From: an uncultured Alphaproteobacteria bacterium | Lineage (GTDB): Bacteria; Pseudomonadota; Alphaproteobacteria; Rhodobacterales; Rhodobacteraceae | Assembly: GCA_902614945.1 (NCBI GenBank) | Contig: CACMNE010000007.1 | Span: 1,235 to 65,234 of the forward strand | Direction: 5' to 3' | Length of the DNA stretch: 64,000 bases | Part shown: piece by piece, positions 63,206 through 64,000 of the stretch | Numbering within the stretch: position 1 is the first letter of the stretch | Layout: each line of letters begins with the position of its first letter | Translations under genes and position numbers: made by a program | The notes under the pieces: model-generated | The model's input: the letters and a program-made list of their open reading frames with translations, nothing else | The model's database searches: none | What the model was told of the DNA's origin: nothing

Positions 63206-64000
63206 TCAAGACAATGTCATTTCCATTTTTGCTTTTCTTCTTCTTTCTGATGACGATGGAATATTCAAAATTTCCCTATATTTAGCTACAGTTCTTCTTG
63301 CGAGCTTTACACCTCTTTTACTAATATTTTTTGCTATGGCATCGTCACTTAGTGGTTTGACTGGCTTCTCATCCTGTATCATCTTTGAGATCATATGTCT
63401 TACTGCTGCTGCAGATGTTCCTACTCCATTAGAGTTACTCTGTATGCTCACACTGAAAAATGATTTCAATGTAAAAGTACCTCTAGGTGTATTCATTAAT
63501 AATCCCGCTGTTACTCTGCTGACAGTACTTTCATGCATACCAACTGTTTCAGCGACATCTTTTAAAGAAAGAGGTTTGAGAAAATCTAGCCCATTATCTA
63601 GAAAATCTGTTTGTCTTCTAACTATTTCAGCAGAAATTTTTAATGTAGTAGTATTTCTTTGTTCTAAAGCTCTTTTAAGCCATCTAGCAGATGCTAGAGC
63701 TTGATTTGCAAAAGCATTAACCTTTTTATCATGTTTAGGTTTTGAGTTAACAGTGGTTGCATAATCTTCGTTAACAAAAACTGTAGGTAAGGTAGACTTA
63801 TTTAAATCAACAGACCATCCATTTTTAGTTTTCTTTACGATTAAATCTGGTGAACTAATTTGTGGTAAATCATTTTCAAACAATGCACCTGGTTTGGGAT
63901 TAAAACTTCTAATAAGTTTGAGATAATTTGTTATATCAATAGTTCTACAATTACATTTTTTGGCTAAACTTTTTAAATCTCCCTTTGCTAATAAAGTTAA
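63206..64000 (-). CDS. rpoN: RNA polymerase sigma-54 factor, C-terminal part (gene continues past the window end)
   Basis: RpoN box ARRTVAKYR, HTH region ESTVSRVTAG and ...SFNPKPG upstream. I translated the frame by hand and it is open from 63883 to base 64000, so the TTG start in the track is artefactual. Confidence 0.9.
   Translation of the reverse strand, partial: LTLLAKGDLKSLAKKCNCRTIDITNYLKLIRSFNPKPGALFENDLPQISSPDLIVKKTKNGWSVDLNKSTLPTVFVNEDYATTVNSKPKHDKKVNAFANQALASARWLKRALEQRNTTTLKISAEIVRRQTDFLDNGLDFLKPLSLKDVAETVGMHESTVSRVTAGLLMNTPRGTFTLKSFFSVSIQSNSNGVGTSAAAVRHMISKMIQDEKPVKPLSDDAIAKNISKRGVKLARRTVAKYREILNIPSSSERRRKAKMEMTLS

Overview
This window is strongly AT-rich, roughly one-third G+C by eye (not computed), with Lys/Asn/Ile-rich proteins and very short or overlapping gene junctions. 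About 44 kb (8564..52318) is a complete, compact proteobacterial photosynthesis gene cluster (PGC) with Rhodobacterales/Roseobacter-type synteny. Its order is crtA-bchI-bchD-bchO (-), crtI-crtB-tspO (+), crtD-crtC (-), crtE-crtF-bchCXYZ-pufQBALM-puhA (+), dxs (+), idi-bchP-pucC-like-bchG-ppsR-ppaA (-), then bchFNBHLM-lhaA-puhB-puhC-orf-acsF-puhE-hemA (+). The left flank carries an MFS fragment, trkH, scoAB, an MFS transporter, a DksA/TraR-type protein, an enoyl-CoA hydratase, an EamA transporter and fccAB (flavocytochrome c sulfide dehydrogenase). The right flank carries pseudoazurin, a CbbY-like HAD phosphatase, a CMD-family protein, xdhABC-guaD, a coiled-coil protein, an SLT-domain protein, a Kv-type K+ channel and the 3' part of rpoN. 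The points most worth a second look are these. (1) puhA has moved from the puh operon to 2 nt behind pufM, and no pufC, pufX, puc or cycA is present in the window. (2) A pseudoazurin gene sits at the PGC edge and is a candidate copper electron donor. (3) fccAB lies directly downstream of bchO on the same strand. (4) PpsR-type TGT-N12-ACA palindromes occur at exactly the four classical control regions, including a pair that covers the start codons of crtA and crtI, which are only 14 nt apart. (5) GC-rich structured RNA segments flank pufBA. No tRNA, rRNA, CRISPR, IS or integrase was seen. All protein calls rest on motif and family recognition from the translations plus synteny; no database search was possible.
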